Assembly: GCA_964554605.1 (NCBI GenBank) | Contig: CAZKPH010000001.1 | Location: 1-38,601 of the forward strand | DNA: 38,601 nt | Source: an uncultured Ferruginibacter sp. | GTDB taxonomy: Bacteria; Bacteroidota; Bacteroidia; Chitinophagales; Chitinophagaceae | Direction of reading: 5' to 3' | Shown: positions 27,819 to 37,718 of the stretch, in pieces | Numbering within the stretch: position 1 is the stretch's first letter | Layout: each line of letters opens with the position of its first letter | Program-made: the position numbers and the translations under genes | The notes under the pieces: generated by a model | The model's database searches: none | What the model was told of the DNA's origin: nothing | What the model saw: the letters and a program-made list of their open reading frames with translations, nothing else

Positions 27819-28943
27819 TTAGTAATTTATCACTTGTTCTTCTATTTGTGGGGGCAAATCCCTGAATTCGTACTGTTGGTTCCGCAGGCGGGGCTCAAAA
27901 CCAGCTTCCCTGATTGCTTCCTGTATGCTTTTGCTGGTAAAGCGGTGTGGGGCTCCGGCAGCGCTAACAACATTTTCTTCGATCATAATACTCCCAAAAT
28001 CATTTGCACCGGCATGCAGGCATATCTGGCCGGTATTTTTTCCAACAGTTAGCCAACTGGCCTGAATATTTGTAATGTTGGGCAACATGATACGGCTTAG
28101 CGCAATCATTTTTACATATTCCTCCGGAGTAGTAAGGTTTTTAACTCCTCTTATTCTTGCGAGTAAAGTATCAACATCCTGGAAAGTCCAGGGAATAAAA
28201 GCAATGAAACCCTTAGTGTCCTTTGGCTTTCGGCTTTGTACTTCTCTTATTTTTACAAGGTGTTCGAACCGTTCAGCAACAGTTTCAACATGCCCGAACA
28301 TCATTGTGGCTGTTGTAGTAATGCCCAATAAATGGGCTTCATGCATAATATCCAGCCATTCCTGGCTTCCACATTTTCCTTTGCTGATAAGCCTTCTAAC
28401 CCTGTCAACCAGTATTTCCGCCCCCGGCCCTGGCAAACTATCTAATCCTGCCTCTTTCAATGCCGACAGTACTTCTTTATGTGTGCTTTTTTCCAGCTTT
28501 GTAATATGAGCAATTTCCGGGGGGCCTAAAGTATGAAGTTTAACATTAGGGTAAAGGCGCTTTAGTTCTTTAAAAAGATTCACATAGTATGCCAAACCCA
28601 GATCAGGATGGTGCCCACCCTGAAGTAGCAATTGTTCGCCACCGTAACGTATTGTTTCGTCTATTTTCTTTTTATATGTTTCGATATCAGTAATATAAGC
28701 TTCGGGGTGTCCGGGTATCCGGTAAAAATTGCAAAACTTACAATTTGCTATGCAGACATTGGTTGTATTGAGGTTCCTGTCTATTATCCAGGTTACTTTT
28801 TCGTGTGGAACTTTTTTCTTTCTCAGTTCATCAGCTATAAACATCAACTCTGCCATAGGAGCGTTTTCAAATAAAAACACGCCCTCTTCTACAGAAAGGA
28901 AATCCATATTCAAAGCCCGATCATAAAGTTTATTCAATTGCAT
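27819..28943 (-). CDS. mqnC: Cyclic dehypoxanthine futalosine synthase (CofH/MqnC radical SAM)
   Basis: CIANCKFC radical SAM motif, LLQGGHHP, LPGPGAEIL, TATMMFGHVE, AFIPWTFQ and GANDFGS.MIEENVVSAAG. Confidence 0.88.
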   Translation of the reverse strand: MQLNKLYDRALNMDFLSVEEGVFLFENAPMAELMFIADELRKKKVPHEKVTWIIDRNLNTTNVCIANCKFCNFYRIPGHPEAYITDIETYKKKIDETIRYGGEQLLLQGGHHPDLGLAYYVNLFKELKRLYPNVKLHTLGPPEIAHITKLEKSTHKEVLSALKEAGLDSLPGPGAEILVDRVRRLISKGKCGSQEWLDIMHEAHLLGITTTATMMFGHVETVAERFEHLVKIREVQSRKPKDTKGFIAFIPWTFQDVDTLLARIRGVKNLTTPEEYVKMIALSRIMLPNITNIQASWLTVGKNTGQICLHAGANDFGSIMIEENVVSAAGAPHRFTSKSIQEAIREAGFEPRLRNQQYEFRDLPPQIEEQVINY

Positions 28944-29008
28944 AAAGACCGTTTATGTAAATATTACAAAAATACATGCATTCGTTTGTATATTTAAGCA
29001 ACCAACAA

Positions 29009-30205
29009 GTGAAAAATGTTATAACCATACTATTATTCCTTATTTCGACACTATATGTACCTGCACAGGAAATTCTCATTACACCCAAACCAAAGGCAAA
29101 ATTACTTACCGCTTTTCACTTTAGGCAGTACAGCGGAGGCGTAATGGTAATACGAGCGTGCCTAAACGATATCCCCGATTCATTAAACTTTATTCTGGAT
29201 ACAGGAAGCGGAGGAATTTCTTTAGACTCTGCCACTTGTGATAAATACAATATACATCATCAACTTACAGATACAATAATTTCCGGGTTAGGAGGTACCC
29301 GAAAAGTACATTTTGCATTTAATCAAAACTTGCATCTGCCGGGTCTTGTAGTTGAAAAACTTAATTTTCATATTAATGATTACGATGTATTAAGCAGCGT
29401 ATATGGCGAGAAAATTGACGGGATTATCGGGTATAGTTTTTTTAACAGATATATTGTCAAAATTGATTTTGATGAAAATTTACTGGAGGTATATCAACCC
29501 GGGGAGATCAGCTACCCGAGAGGGGGTACTTTACTAAGGCCAGCTTTTACTCTTTTGCCGATAGAAACGTTACACATCAAAGATGCGAGAAAAATGGAGT
29601 ATAACTTTTACTTTGATACAGGGGCCGGCCTTTGTTTTCTAATGAGCGAAAACCTTGTTTCGGATAGTGCGATATTGCTACCCAAACGAAACCCGGTTAT
29701 TACACAGGCGGAAGGAATGGGCGGTAAGTTACAGATGCGCCTTACTGTAATAAAGCAATTGAAAATAGGGAATTATGTGTTTAGAAAAGTACCTACATAT
29801 CTTTACAACGATAATTATAATGTAACCTCATACCCCTTTATTGGCGGATTGATAGGGAACGATCTGCTTCGCAGGTTCAATATGGTCATAAATTATCCGC
29901 AGAAAGAGATACATCTTTCGCCAAATAAGCACTTCACCGAACCTTTTGACTACTCTTACACCGGAATGGCTATTTATGATATTAACGGCAATATTGTTAT
30001 TGACGATGTTGTTCCCGGTTCACCGGCAGATAAAGCAGGACTTAGAAAAGAAGATATAATTATTTCAGTAGGCAATAATTTCTCAAAAAATATTCAGCAA
30101 TATAAAACCCTGTTACAAACAACCAACGAGACGCTACATTTGGTCATTAGCCGAAACAACGACCTGATAGAAATAAAAATGCGCCCCGGAACTTTTATTC
30201 ACTGA
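29009..30205 (+). CDS. Exported two-lobed retropepsin-like aspartyl protease with C-terminal PDZ domain
   Basis: FILDTGSG..DGIIG and FYFDTGAG..GGLIG, then PGSPADKAGL (PDZ). The GTG at 29009 is preferred as start. Confidence 0.85.
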   Translation: MKNVITILLFLISTLYVPAQEILITPKPKAKLLTAFHFRQYSGGVMVIRACLNDIPDSLNFILDTGSGGISLDSATCDKYNIHHQLTDTIISGLGGTRKVHFAFNQNLHLPGLVVEKLNFHINDYDVLSSVYGEKIDGIIGYSFFNRYIVKIDFDENLLEVYQPGEISYPRGGTLLRPAFTLLPIETLHIKDARKMEYNFYFDTGAGLCFLMSENLVSDSAILLPKRNPVITQAEGMGGKLQMRLTVIKQLKIGNYVFRKVPTYLYNDNYNVTSYPFIGGLIGNDLLRRFNMVINYPQKEIHLSPNKHFTEPFDYSYTGMAIYDINGNIVIDDVVPGSPADKAGLRKEDIIISVGNNFSKNIQQYKTLLQTTNETLHLVISRNNDLIEIKMRPGTFIH

Positions 30206-30244
30206 AAAGATTGCCGCACAAATACTCCTGCTTACCTTTGCCCT

Positions 30245-31480
30245 ATGATCAATTTTGAAAAATTTGAACTATCGAATGGATTACGCGTAATAATACACGA
30301 AGATGCAAGTACTCCGATGGCGGTTGTAAATGTTCTTTATGATGTAGGTGCAAAAGATGAAGATCCTGGGAAAACCGGCTTTGCGCACCTTTTTGAACAC
30401 CTTATGTTCGGTGGGAGTATTAATATTCCCGTTTTTGACGAACCTATGCAAAACGCCGGTGGAGAAAATAACGCTTTCACAACAAATGATTATACTAATT
30501 ATTATTGTCAATTACCTGCGGAAAATATTGAAACGGCTTTGTGGCTCGAAAGCGATCGTATGCTGAGCCTTGCTTTCAACGAAAAAAGCCTGGATGTTCA
30601 AAAAAAGGTTGTCTGTGAAGAATTTAAAGAGCATTATATAAATAAGCCATATGGCGATGTCTGGCATAAAATGAGAGACCTGGCATATACCACACATCCT
30701 TATAAATGGATGACCATTGGAAAAGAATTGAGCCACGTTGAAAATGCAACACTGCAGGATGTAAAAAATTTCTTTAACAAGCACTATTGCCCTTCTAATG
30801 CTATTTTAGTAATTGCCGGCAATATTAGTACGGCGAAAGGTAAAGAGATGGCAGAAAGGTGGTTTGGGAATATCCCTTCCGGGAGGCGCTACGAACGACA
30901 ATTACCAGCCGAACCTCAGCAGGAGGAAGCAAGAAAAAAAGAAATAAGGGCAGATGTCCCCCTGGATGCTATTTATAAATGCTGGCATATTTATCCCAGG
31001 CTGGATAAGAGGTATTATGTAGCCGACCTTATCACGGAAATCCTAAGCGGGGGAGGATCTTCAAGGTTATTTCAATCTCTTGTAAAAGAAAAACAACTAT
31101 TTAGTTATGTAAGCTGTTTCCATTTTGGCAATGTTGATGCAGGGCTGCTTACAATTGAGGGCAAACTGGTAAAAGGTATAACTATGCAGGAGGCAGAAGC
31201 GGGAATAACCGAAGAGGTAAATAAATTATTGCAGGAAGGAATAACGGAAAAAGAATTGCAAAAAGTAAAGAATCGTACCGAAAGTATGATGGCTTTTGAA
31301 GATATGAGCGTATTAAGCCGGGCTGCCAGCCTCGCCATCTACGAAATATTGGGTGATGCAGACCTCATTAATAAAGAATTAGCAATCTATCAGTCTGTAA
31401 CGGCAGAGGAAATACTAAAGGAAAGTAACATTATCTTTAACGAAAAAAATTCGAATACACTATATTATTACGGTGTATAG
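30245..31480 (+). CDS. M16 (pitrilysin-family) zinc peptidase, active subunit
   Basis: GFAHLFEHLMF (HxxEH), NAFT..D.T.Y and LESDRM; -7 box TACCTTTG at 30233-30240. Confidence 0.93.
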   Translation: MINFEKFELSNGLRVIIHEDASTPMAVVNVLYDVGAKDEDPGKTGFAHLFEHLMFGGSINIPVFDEPMQNAGGENNAFTTNDYTNYYCQLPAENIETALWLESDRMLSLAFNEKSLDVQKKVVCEEFKEHYINKPYGDVWHKMRDLAYTTHPYKWMTIGKELSHVENATLQDVKNFFNKHYCPSNAILVIAGNISTAKGKEMAERWFGNIPSGRRYERQLPAEPQQEEARKKEIRADVPLDAIYKCWHIYPRLDKRYYVADLITEILSGGGSSRLFQSLVKEKQLFSYVSCFHFGNVDAGLLTIEGKLVKGITMQEAEAGITEEVNKLLQEGITEKELQKVKNRTESMMAFEDMSVLSRAASLAIYEILGDADLINKELAIYQSVTAEEILKESNIIFNEKNSNTLYYYGV

Positions 31481-31487
31481 TTTAATC

Positions 31488-32774
31488 ATGTATACAATGG
31501 ACCGTACAATATCACCCCCAATAAAAGATGCAATCGAATTTACACTAAACCTGAAGCCATACAGACATTTCAGGCTGGATAACGGAATAGATGTGTACGC
31601 AGTCAGTGCCGGGGAACAGGAAGTATTACAAATAGAATGGGTGTTCTATGCGGGGAATACTTTTGAAAAAAAGAACGGGATTGCATTTGCAACCAATCAT
31701 TTGTTAAAGAGTGGAACCGTTTCAAGATCAGCCTTTCAACTCAACGAACATTTTGATTATTATGGAGCACATTGCACCCGCCAGTGTTTTAACGAAACAG
31801 CACAACTATCTCTGCATACTTTGAACAAGCATTTACCCGAATTGCTACCTGTTATCCGGGATATGCTGACAAATGCAACTTTTCCGGAGCAGGAACTTGA
31901 TATCTTCCGGCAAAATGCAAAACAAAAATTAGCAGTTAATCTTTTGAAATGCGATTTTGTGGCAAACAGGTATATCGATGCCTATTTATTCGGGAAAGAA
32001 CACCCTTATGGAAAATATTTAAGTGCAGGTGATTATGATGCGTTAAATGCAGAAGAAATAAAAAATTTCTATAACAATTTCTATATCAACGGGAAATGCA
32101 TCATTTTTGTTGCCGGGAAATTACCTGACGATATAATAGAACAATTGAATAGTTATTTTGGCACATTGCCACTTGATTCCGGGAAACCGATAATCCCCGT
32201 TTTGCCAGTGATTCCTGCCACACAAAAAAAATATCGTATCACAAATGAAGAGAACGGGGTACAGGGAGCCATAAGGATAGCAAGGCATTTCCCCAACCGG
32301 CACCATCCCGATTTTAAAAAGGCAATGGTATTGAATACTTTATTAGGTGGTTTTTTCGGGTCAAGGCTGATGAGCAATATTCGAGAAGAAAAAGGCTATA
32401 CTTACGGCATAAGCAGTTATTTACAAAATAATATACAGCAAAGCGCATGGATGATTAGTACAGAAGCGGGTACGGATGTTTGCGATGCCACAATAAAAGA
32501 GGTCTACAAAGAAATGAAAATACTTAGAGAGGAAATTGTAGATGAAGAAGAATTATTATTGGTGAGAAACTATCTGATCGGGACAATACTGGGAGATATG
32601 GACGGCCCGTTTCAGATAATAGCCAGGTGGAAAAATATTCTGTTGAATGACCTTAATGAGAGTTATTTTTATGAGTCAATAAATGTTATTAAGAACATAT
32701 CTGCTGAAGAAATAAAAGAAATTGCGGAAAAATATTTTGTGGAAGAAGATTTTTACGAACTAATAGTTATTTAA
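31488..32774 (+). CDS. M16 peptidase family, inactive partner subunit
   Basis: HxxEH is replaced by ATNHL; LGGFFGSRLMSNIREEKGYTY (R/Y pair) is present. Confidence 0.9.
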   Translation: MYTMDRTISPPIKDAIEFTLNLKPYRHFRLDNGIDVYAVSAGEQEVLQIEWVFYAGNTFEKKNGIAFATNHLLKSGTVSRSAFQLNEHFDYYGAHCTRQCFNETAQLSLHTLNKHLPELLPVIRDMLTNATFPEQELDIFRQNAKQKLAVNLLKCDFVANRYIDAYLFGKEHPYGKYLSAGDYDALNAEEIKNFYNNFYINGKCIIFVAGKLPDDIIEQLNSYFGTLPLDSGKPIIPVLPVIPATQKKYRITNEENGVQGAIRIARHFPNRHHPDFKKAMVLNTLLGGFFGSRLMSNIREEKGYTYGISSYLQNNIQQSAWMISTEAGTDVCDATIKEVYKEMKILREEIVDEEELLLVRNYLIGTILGDMDGPFQIIARWKNILLNDLNESYFYESINVIKNISAEEIKEIAEKYFVEEDFYELIVI

Positions 32775-32786
32775 GCAACAGACAGC

Positions 32787-33158
32787 ATGAATTTTCTGAT
32801 TAAAATTTTGATATCAACAATTAATGTGTTTATCCTAGCCTCGATCCTGCCGGGAATAAAAATTGATGTTTTTTTTACAGCTATCATTGTTGCTTTTGTT
32901 TTGGCAATTCTTGATGCAATTGTAAAACCGATTTTGGTTATATTGACGTTACCGGCAACCATACTCTCATTAGGATTGTTCCTTTTTGTAATTAATGCTT
33001 GTATTATTTTATTAGATGCACATTTTGTACATGGATTTAGTGTAGACGGCTTCTGGTCTGCAATGTTGTTTAGTATTTTGCTTTCATTTTTTAACTCATT
33101 TGTACAAAAAAGAGCACTTCCCAAAGAAAATGAAGAAAGCAACGATAAGTTCTGGTAA
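32787..33158 (+). CDS. Four-TM phage holin superfamily IV membrane protein (YvlD-like)
   Basis: IVKPILVILTLP.TILSLGLFLFVINA and GFSVDGFWSA. Confidence 0.88.
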   Translation: MNFLIKILISTINVFILASILPGIKIDVFFTAIIVAFVLAILDAIVKPILVILTLPATILSLGLFLFVINACIILLDAHFVHGFSVDGFWSAMLFSILLSFFNSFVQKRALPKENEESNDKFW

Positions 33159-33209
33159 TGCAGCCGGAAGGGTATAATAAACGTATATTGTTCATGTAAA
33201 TAACTTTTT

Positions 33210-33923
33210 ATGAAACGCCTTACAGTTCTCTACGCACTATTTTGTAGTGCCGTTTTTTTCTCTGCTTGCTATTTCAATCGTACAACAGGTAGCGGAAATA
33301 TTATTTCAGAAAAAAGAACCGTTTCGGATTTTTCTGAAATTGCCGTAAGTACATCCATTGATGTAGAGGTAAAGCCTGGTGCCACAACAGAAGTTATTGT
33401 TGAAGCTGACGATAATATCATAAAATATGTTGAAACAGATGTGTCTGGCGACAAGCTGAAAATCAAGACAAAAAGTTTACACAGCTTTAGCGATGCGCAT
33501 ATCAAAGTATATGTAACAATCCCTGTTATTAGAAGAATCGATGCGTCAGCAAGCGCCGACGTGAAAATAGTTGGAATATTAAAAACCAACGAAAGTTTAG
33601 TTTTTGAAGCATCCAGCTCGGCAACGATAAAGGGATACCTGGAGGCTTCCAAAGTAGAGGCAAATACAAGCAGTGCCGGTAATATTAAATTAACAGGAGT
33701 TATCCAGGACCTGGATGCGGATGCCTCAAGCGGGTCGGGCATAGATGCAATGAACCTCATTGCAGAAAATGTAACTGTTTCGGTAAGTAGCGGGGCGAGT
33801 GCCAAAGTATATGCCAATAAACACCTGGACGCTTCAGCCAGTAGCGGAGGGCATATTGTTTATGATGGGACCCCTACTATAAAACAGTCTGTAAGTAGCG
33901 GAGGAAGTGTGGATAGCAGGTAA
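33210..33923 (+). CDS. Head-GIN-domain (DUF2807) beta-helical lipoprotein
   Basis: Lipobox FSAC; GSGNIISEKR, VEADDNI and repeated ASS(G/S) motifs. Confidence 0.88.
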   Translation: MKRLTVLYALFCSAVFFSACYFNRTTGSGNIISEKRTVSDFSEIAVSTSIDVEVKPGATTEVIVEADDNIIKYVETDVSGDKLKIKTKSLHSFSDAHIKVYVTIPVIRRIDASASADVKIVGILKTNESLVFEASSSATIKGYLEASKVEANTSSAGNIKLTGVIQDLDADASSGSGIDAMNLIAENVTVSVSSGASAKVYANKHLDASASSGGHIVYDGTPTIKQSVSSGGSVDSR

Positions 33924-33940
33924 ATCATTGCCTTTGGTGT

Positions 33941-34486
33941 TTAATCTTCCTTAGCGTTTTTTTCCCCGACAAACCACTGTTCTTTGTTTTTAAAAAGAAC
34001 ATTGAATGTTGTAAGGGACCCATAACACCGGGTAATGTATTGTTGGATATTTACTTTTTCTTCATCGCTCAGGTTCTTACTGCTGTTTATATTTTGTTCG
34101 AGTACACGAAGGCGGTCCCTTAGCATTACAATTTTGTGAAAAAAATCTTCTATCGGAATCTCTTTTGGTTTGAGAGACTTATCCGCAGGCTGCAAAAATA
34201 AAACTCCTCCCTTCCATCGATCTCCAAGGGAAACCGTTTCGGAAAAACCTCCCCAAAGCCTTAATATTTTCAAAAGGGATTTTTCAGTTGAAAATTGCGT
34301 TTCTATTTCTTCGCTAACATTTTCCGGAATGATTTCTTCCAACAGAGGATCTGTTTTGTCTATTTCTTTAATGCCTTGATGGATAAAAGAAATCAGGTAA
34401 GAAGCGTATAAAATTCCAACAATAACACCAGGCCCATACTGGGTATGTTGCAAGCGGGTTCCTACGCCCAAAGTTGTATTTTCCAT
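33941..34486 (-). CDS. Hypothetical protein with an N-terminal SH3/Tudor-like segment and a C-terminal coiled coil
   Basis: LGVGTRLQH..YGPGVI and FFHKIVMLRDRLRVLEQ.IN..QQYITRCYGSLTTFNVLF. The TTG at 34498 lies within a -7 box (34496-34503), so the ATG at 34486 is preferred. Confidence 0.75.
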   Translation of the reverse strand: MENTTLGVGTRLQHTQYGPGVIVGILYASYLISFIHQGIKEIDKTDPLLEEIIPENVSEEIETQFSTEKSLLKILRLWGGFSETVSLGDRWKGGVLFLQPADKSLKPKEIPIEDFFHKIVMLRDRLRVLEQNINSSKNLSDEEKVNIQQYITRCYGSLTTFNVLFKNKEQWFVGEKNAKED

Positions 34487-34508
34487 ATTTTTTTTCAAAA
34501 ATAGATAT

Positions 34509-35318
34509 TTATGGATTTTTTGGGCTTAACTGCAGCTTTAATTTTAATCGTTTGTATTCGTAAGAACAATTAAGGATATATTGATAAAAATCTACGGTAG
34601 AGCTTTGCAGGGTAAATACATAGGTCGGCCTGTAAATTGTCATAAAGTCTTCAATATCTTTCCCTGACAAACCTGTTATACGTTTTACGGTAATTTTATT
34701 GAAGCGGTAATTCACAAATTTCTCTTTTTCCTCATCTTCCAACCGTTGTTGCATTCTTGCCAATTGTTTATTGCGCCTAAACCTGAAAATGTTAATAAAC
34801 TCATCCAGATCCAACCCGGGGACTCCGCTATAGGAAGAAGAAGAGGTACTGATACCGGGCTTTTCGTAGTTGAAAATTTTGGCATAAGCCATTCTGTTTT
34901 CTATCGAATCCTGCCTGTATGTTTTTGAGAAAACTCGAACCTCTTTAAGTGTTTTGAATCTTTCGGCGACCCTCACATGGAGGGAAATATTGAAATCATT
35001 TATATCCGAAATTTCCTTAATAGCGAATTTTAATGTACTTTTTTGACGATAAGTAAAAACAAGAGAATCGCTTACAGAAGCCGTTACTTCGTACCTGCCC
35101 AAAGAATCCGTAAGAGAAGAGCCTCCGCAAAGGCTGGTTACCCATACATTTTTTACAGGTGTAATTCCGGTTGTATCATATACAACGCCCCTCACTGCCA
35201 CTACTTGTGCTTTTGTAGCCAGAAAAGCAATGCATCCGAGTAGTAATAATATTTTATGTTTGAAGCTCAAGAGAAAATAAAATATATAGAGCAATATTAC
35301 AGAAACCCTAAACACCAA
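34509..35318 (-). CDS. Exported protein with a carboxypeptidase-regulatory-like domain
   Basis: VRGVVYD..G.TP..NV.V..LTDSLGRY..DSLVF, then LKEVRV. The exact start is uncertain. Confidence 0.72.
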   Translation of the reverse strand: MVFRVSVILLYIFYFLLSFKHKILLLLGCIAFLATKAQVVAVRGVVYDTTGITPVKNVWVTSLCGGSSLTDSLGRYEVTASVSDSLVFTYRQKSTLKFAIKEISDINDFNISLHVRVAERFKTLKEVRVFSKTYRQDSIENRMAYAKIFNYEKPGISTSSSSYSGVPGLDLDEFINIFRFRRNKQLARMQQRLEDEEKEKFVNYRFNKITVKRITGLSGKDIEDFMTIYRPTYVFTLQSSTVDFYQYILNCSYEYKRLKLKLQLSPKNP

Positions 35319-35465
35319 AGGGGTATTTAACGCAAATTTACAATTCTGGTTACCCGAAGATTTATCATCTGTCTGTAAAAAAACACAATCATAAAGCGTA
35401 TAGGATTTTTTTTATAATAATTTATGTGAAATTGCCGGAGAAAAGATTTGTAAAACTATATCGAG

Positions 35466-37691
35466 ATGAAAAAGAGCATTTTTACTGTATTATTTATTTT
35501 GATCTATATCGGTATTGAGGCACAAGAAACCTGTTTGCAAAATATCCGAAAACTAACTAACGGCGGGGATAACGCCGAAGCTTATTTCAGCCCTGACGGG
35601 AATTCCCTTACGATGCAGGTTACCAATCCTTCCGCTGGTATATTGTGCGACCAGATATTTCTGTATAACCTTCGAAAACAACCCCATAGTTCAGAAAACC
35701 TGCAAATGATATCTACTGGAAAAGGAAGGACAACCTGTTCTTACTTTCTCCCCGACGGGCAGCACATTCTTTATGCTTCCACTCACAGTAAATATGATAG
35801 CTGCCCACCACCTGTTGCCGTAAGGCCAGACGGGAAATATCTTTGGGCTATTTATCCGGATTATGATATTTATATTGCTGATCTTAAGGGGAATATAGTT
35901 AAGCAGCTTACCAATACGCCGGGGTATGATGCGGAAGCGGTTGTTTCTCCTGACGGAAAAAAAATTGTATTTACCAGTATAAGAAGTGGGGACCTGGAAT
36001 TATGGACAATGAATATTGATGGTACTGATCAACGACAAATTACAAACGGGCTTGGCTACGATGGCGGGGCTTTTTTTTCACATGACAGTAAGAAACTTGT
36101 TTTCAGGGCTTCTCGTCCCCGTACAGAAAAGGAAATCTATGAATATACAGAACTACTAAAAGAGAACCTGGTGGCGCCGGTAGCAATGGAAATATATACA
36201 TGTAATGTGGATGGCACCTGTTTGAAACAAATCACACATCTAGGCAAAGCAAATTGGGCGCCATTTTTTCATCCTTCAGACAATAAAATTATTTTTTCTT
36301 CTAATTATCATTCAACGAAAGGATATGATTTTCAGCTCTATATGATTGATACTGCCGGAGAAAATCTCAGGCAAATCACATGGGAAAGCAATTTTAATGC
36401 TTTTCCTATGTTTTCTCCTGATGGTAAACGGCTTGTATTCTCGAGCAACAGGCAACAGGGTGCTCCCAGGGAAACCAATGTTTTTATTGCAGACTGGGTT
36501 GACCCGGATGAAGCCGAATCTGCCCAAATCGAAAATATAAAAAAACATATTAATTTTCTTGCCGACGATAAATTACAGGGTAGGCTTGCCGGTTCGGAAG
36601 GAGCAAAAGAAGCTGCCAGCTACATAAAAAAAATATTTGTATCACTAAGGTTGAAGCCTGCATTTAAAAAAGGATACTTACAAAAGTTTTCGTACGTATG
36701 GTTTAGTAACCCACACGATAGCAGTGAACAAAATAAAATAACGGTTAATACGGAGAATATAGTTGCTTACCTGGATAACAATGCGTCAAAAACAATAATT
36801 ATTGGCGCCCATTATGACCACTTGGGTTTAAATGACCACAATAATTCTACATTACCCAACTCAAAAGGGCTGATTCATAATGGTGCGGATGATAATGCTT
36901 CCGGGGTTGCAGGTGTTTTGGAACTGGCCAGGATGTTTTCTAACAATAAACAGATAGAAAAAGCAAATTTTGTATTTGTTTGTTTTTCCGGAGAGGAAGA
37001 TGGGTTGCAAGGATCCAAATATTTTGCCGAAGGCGTAAAAAAACAATTTCCAGGCGTGGCAGCAATGATCAATATGGATATGATAGGAAGGCTGGATAGC
37101 TCAAAATCATTGATTGTAGGAGGCATTGGCACCAGCCCTGATTTTGCAGGAATTATAGAAAAAAATAAGCCTGCTGGCTATAATATAACATTGGATAGTA
37201 GCGGTATTGGGCCAACAGACCACACCTCTTTTTATTTAAAAGATATCCCGGTTCTTAACTTTTTCACGGGTACACATAACGATTACCATAAACCCACCGA
37301 TGATGCCGGGAAGATAAAATATACAAATGAAAAACAGATAATAGATTATGTATTTCGTACAGCAATTACTTTGGCCAATGTTGATTCAATACCGTTCAGA
37401 AAAACTAAGATAAGCGCAGGCAAAAAAACGCCTGTATATAAAGTTACTTTGGGCATTATGCCCAACTATACCGATAAAGGCGACGGCTTGCACATCGATG
37501 CGGTAATAGACAACCGCCCTGCCGCAAAGGCTGGGCTATTGGCTGGCGATATTATTACTAAAATAAGCGATTGTGAAATAAAAGAGGTATATAGCTATAT
37601 GGATTGCCTTTCCAGATGTAAACCCGGGCAGGAAGTGATAGTTCAGTATATCCGGGATGGTATTAAGGGAAAAACTACTGTCGTATTTTAA
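35466..37691 (+). CDS. TolB-like (PD40) beta-propeller + M28 peptidase + PDZ fusion protein
   Basis: Repeated FSPDG motifs; M28 motifs GAHYDHLG, NGADDNASG, GEEDGL, NMDMIGR and DYHKPTD; C-terminal LGIMP..PAAKAGL..GDII. Confidence 0.9.
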   Translation: MKKSIFTVLFILIYIGIEAQETCLQNIRKLTNGGDNAEAYFSPDGNSLTMQVTNPSAGILCDQIFLYNLRKQPHSSENLQMISTGKGRTTCSYFLPDGQHILYASTHSKYDSCPPPVAVRPDGKYLWAIYPDYDIYIADLKGNIVKQLTNTPGYDAEAVVSPDGKKIVFTSIRSGDLELWTMNIDGTDQRQITNGLGYDGGAFFSHDSKKLVFRASRPRTEKEIYEYTELLKENLVAPVAMEIYTCNVDGTCLKQITHLGKANWAPFFHPSDNKIIFSSNYHSTKGYDFQLYMIDTAGENLRQITWESNFNAFPMFSPDGKRLVFSSNRQQGAPRETNVFIADWVDPDEAESAQIENIKKHINFLADDKLQGRLAGSEGAKEAASYIKKIFVSLRLKPAFKKGYLQKFSYVWFSNPHDSSEQNKITVNTENIVAYLDNNASKTIIIGAHYDHLGLNDHNNSTLPNSKGLIHNGADDNASGVAGVLELARMFSNNKQIEKANFVFVCFSGEEDGLQGSKYFAEGVKKQFPGVAAMINMDMIGRLDSSKSLIVGGIGTSPDFAGIIEKNKPAGYNITLDSSGIGPTDHTSFYLKDIPVLNFFTGTHNDYHKPTDDAGKIKYTNEKQIIDYVFRTAITLANVDSIPFRKTKISAGKKTPVYKVTLGIMPNYTDKGDGLHIDAVIDNRPAAKAGLLAGDIITKISDCEIKEVYSYMDCLSRCKPGQEVIVQYIRDGIKGKTTVVF

Positions 37692-37718
37692 TAGGTCAAC
37701 GCAAAAAGGTTGAAATTA

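Noticed and set aside
27258-33923. Prophage lysis module (GH73, holin-family and head-GIN genes)
   Set aside because: These families are common chromosomal genes. They are dispersed among housekeeping genes, with no integrase, terminase or structural phage genes.
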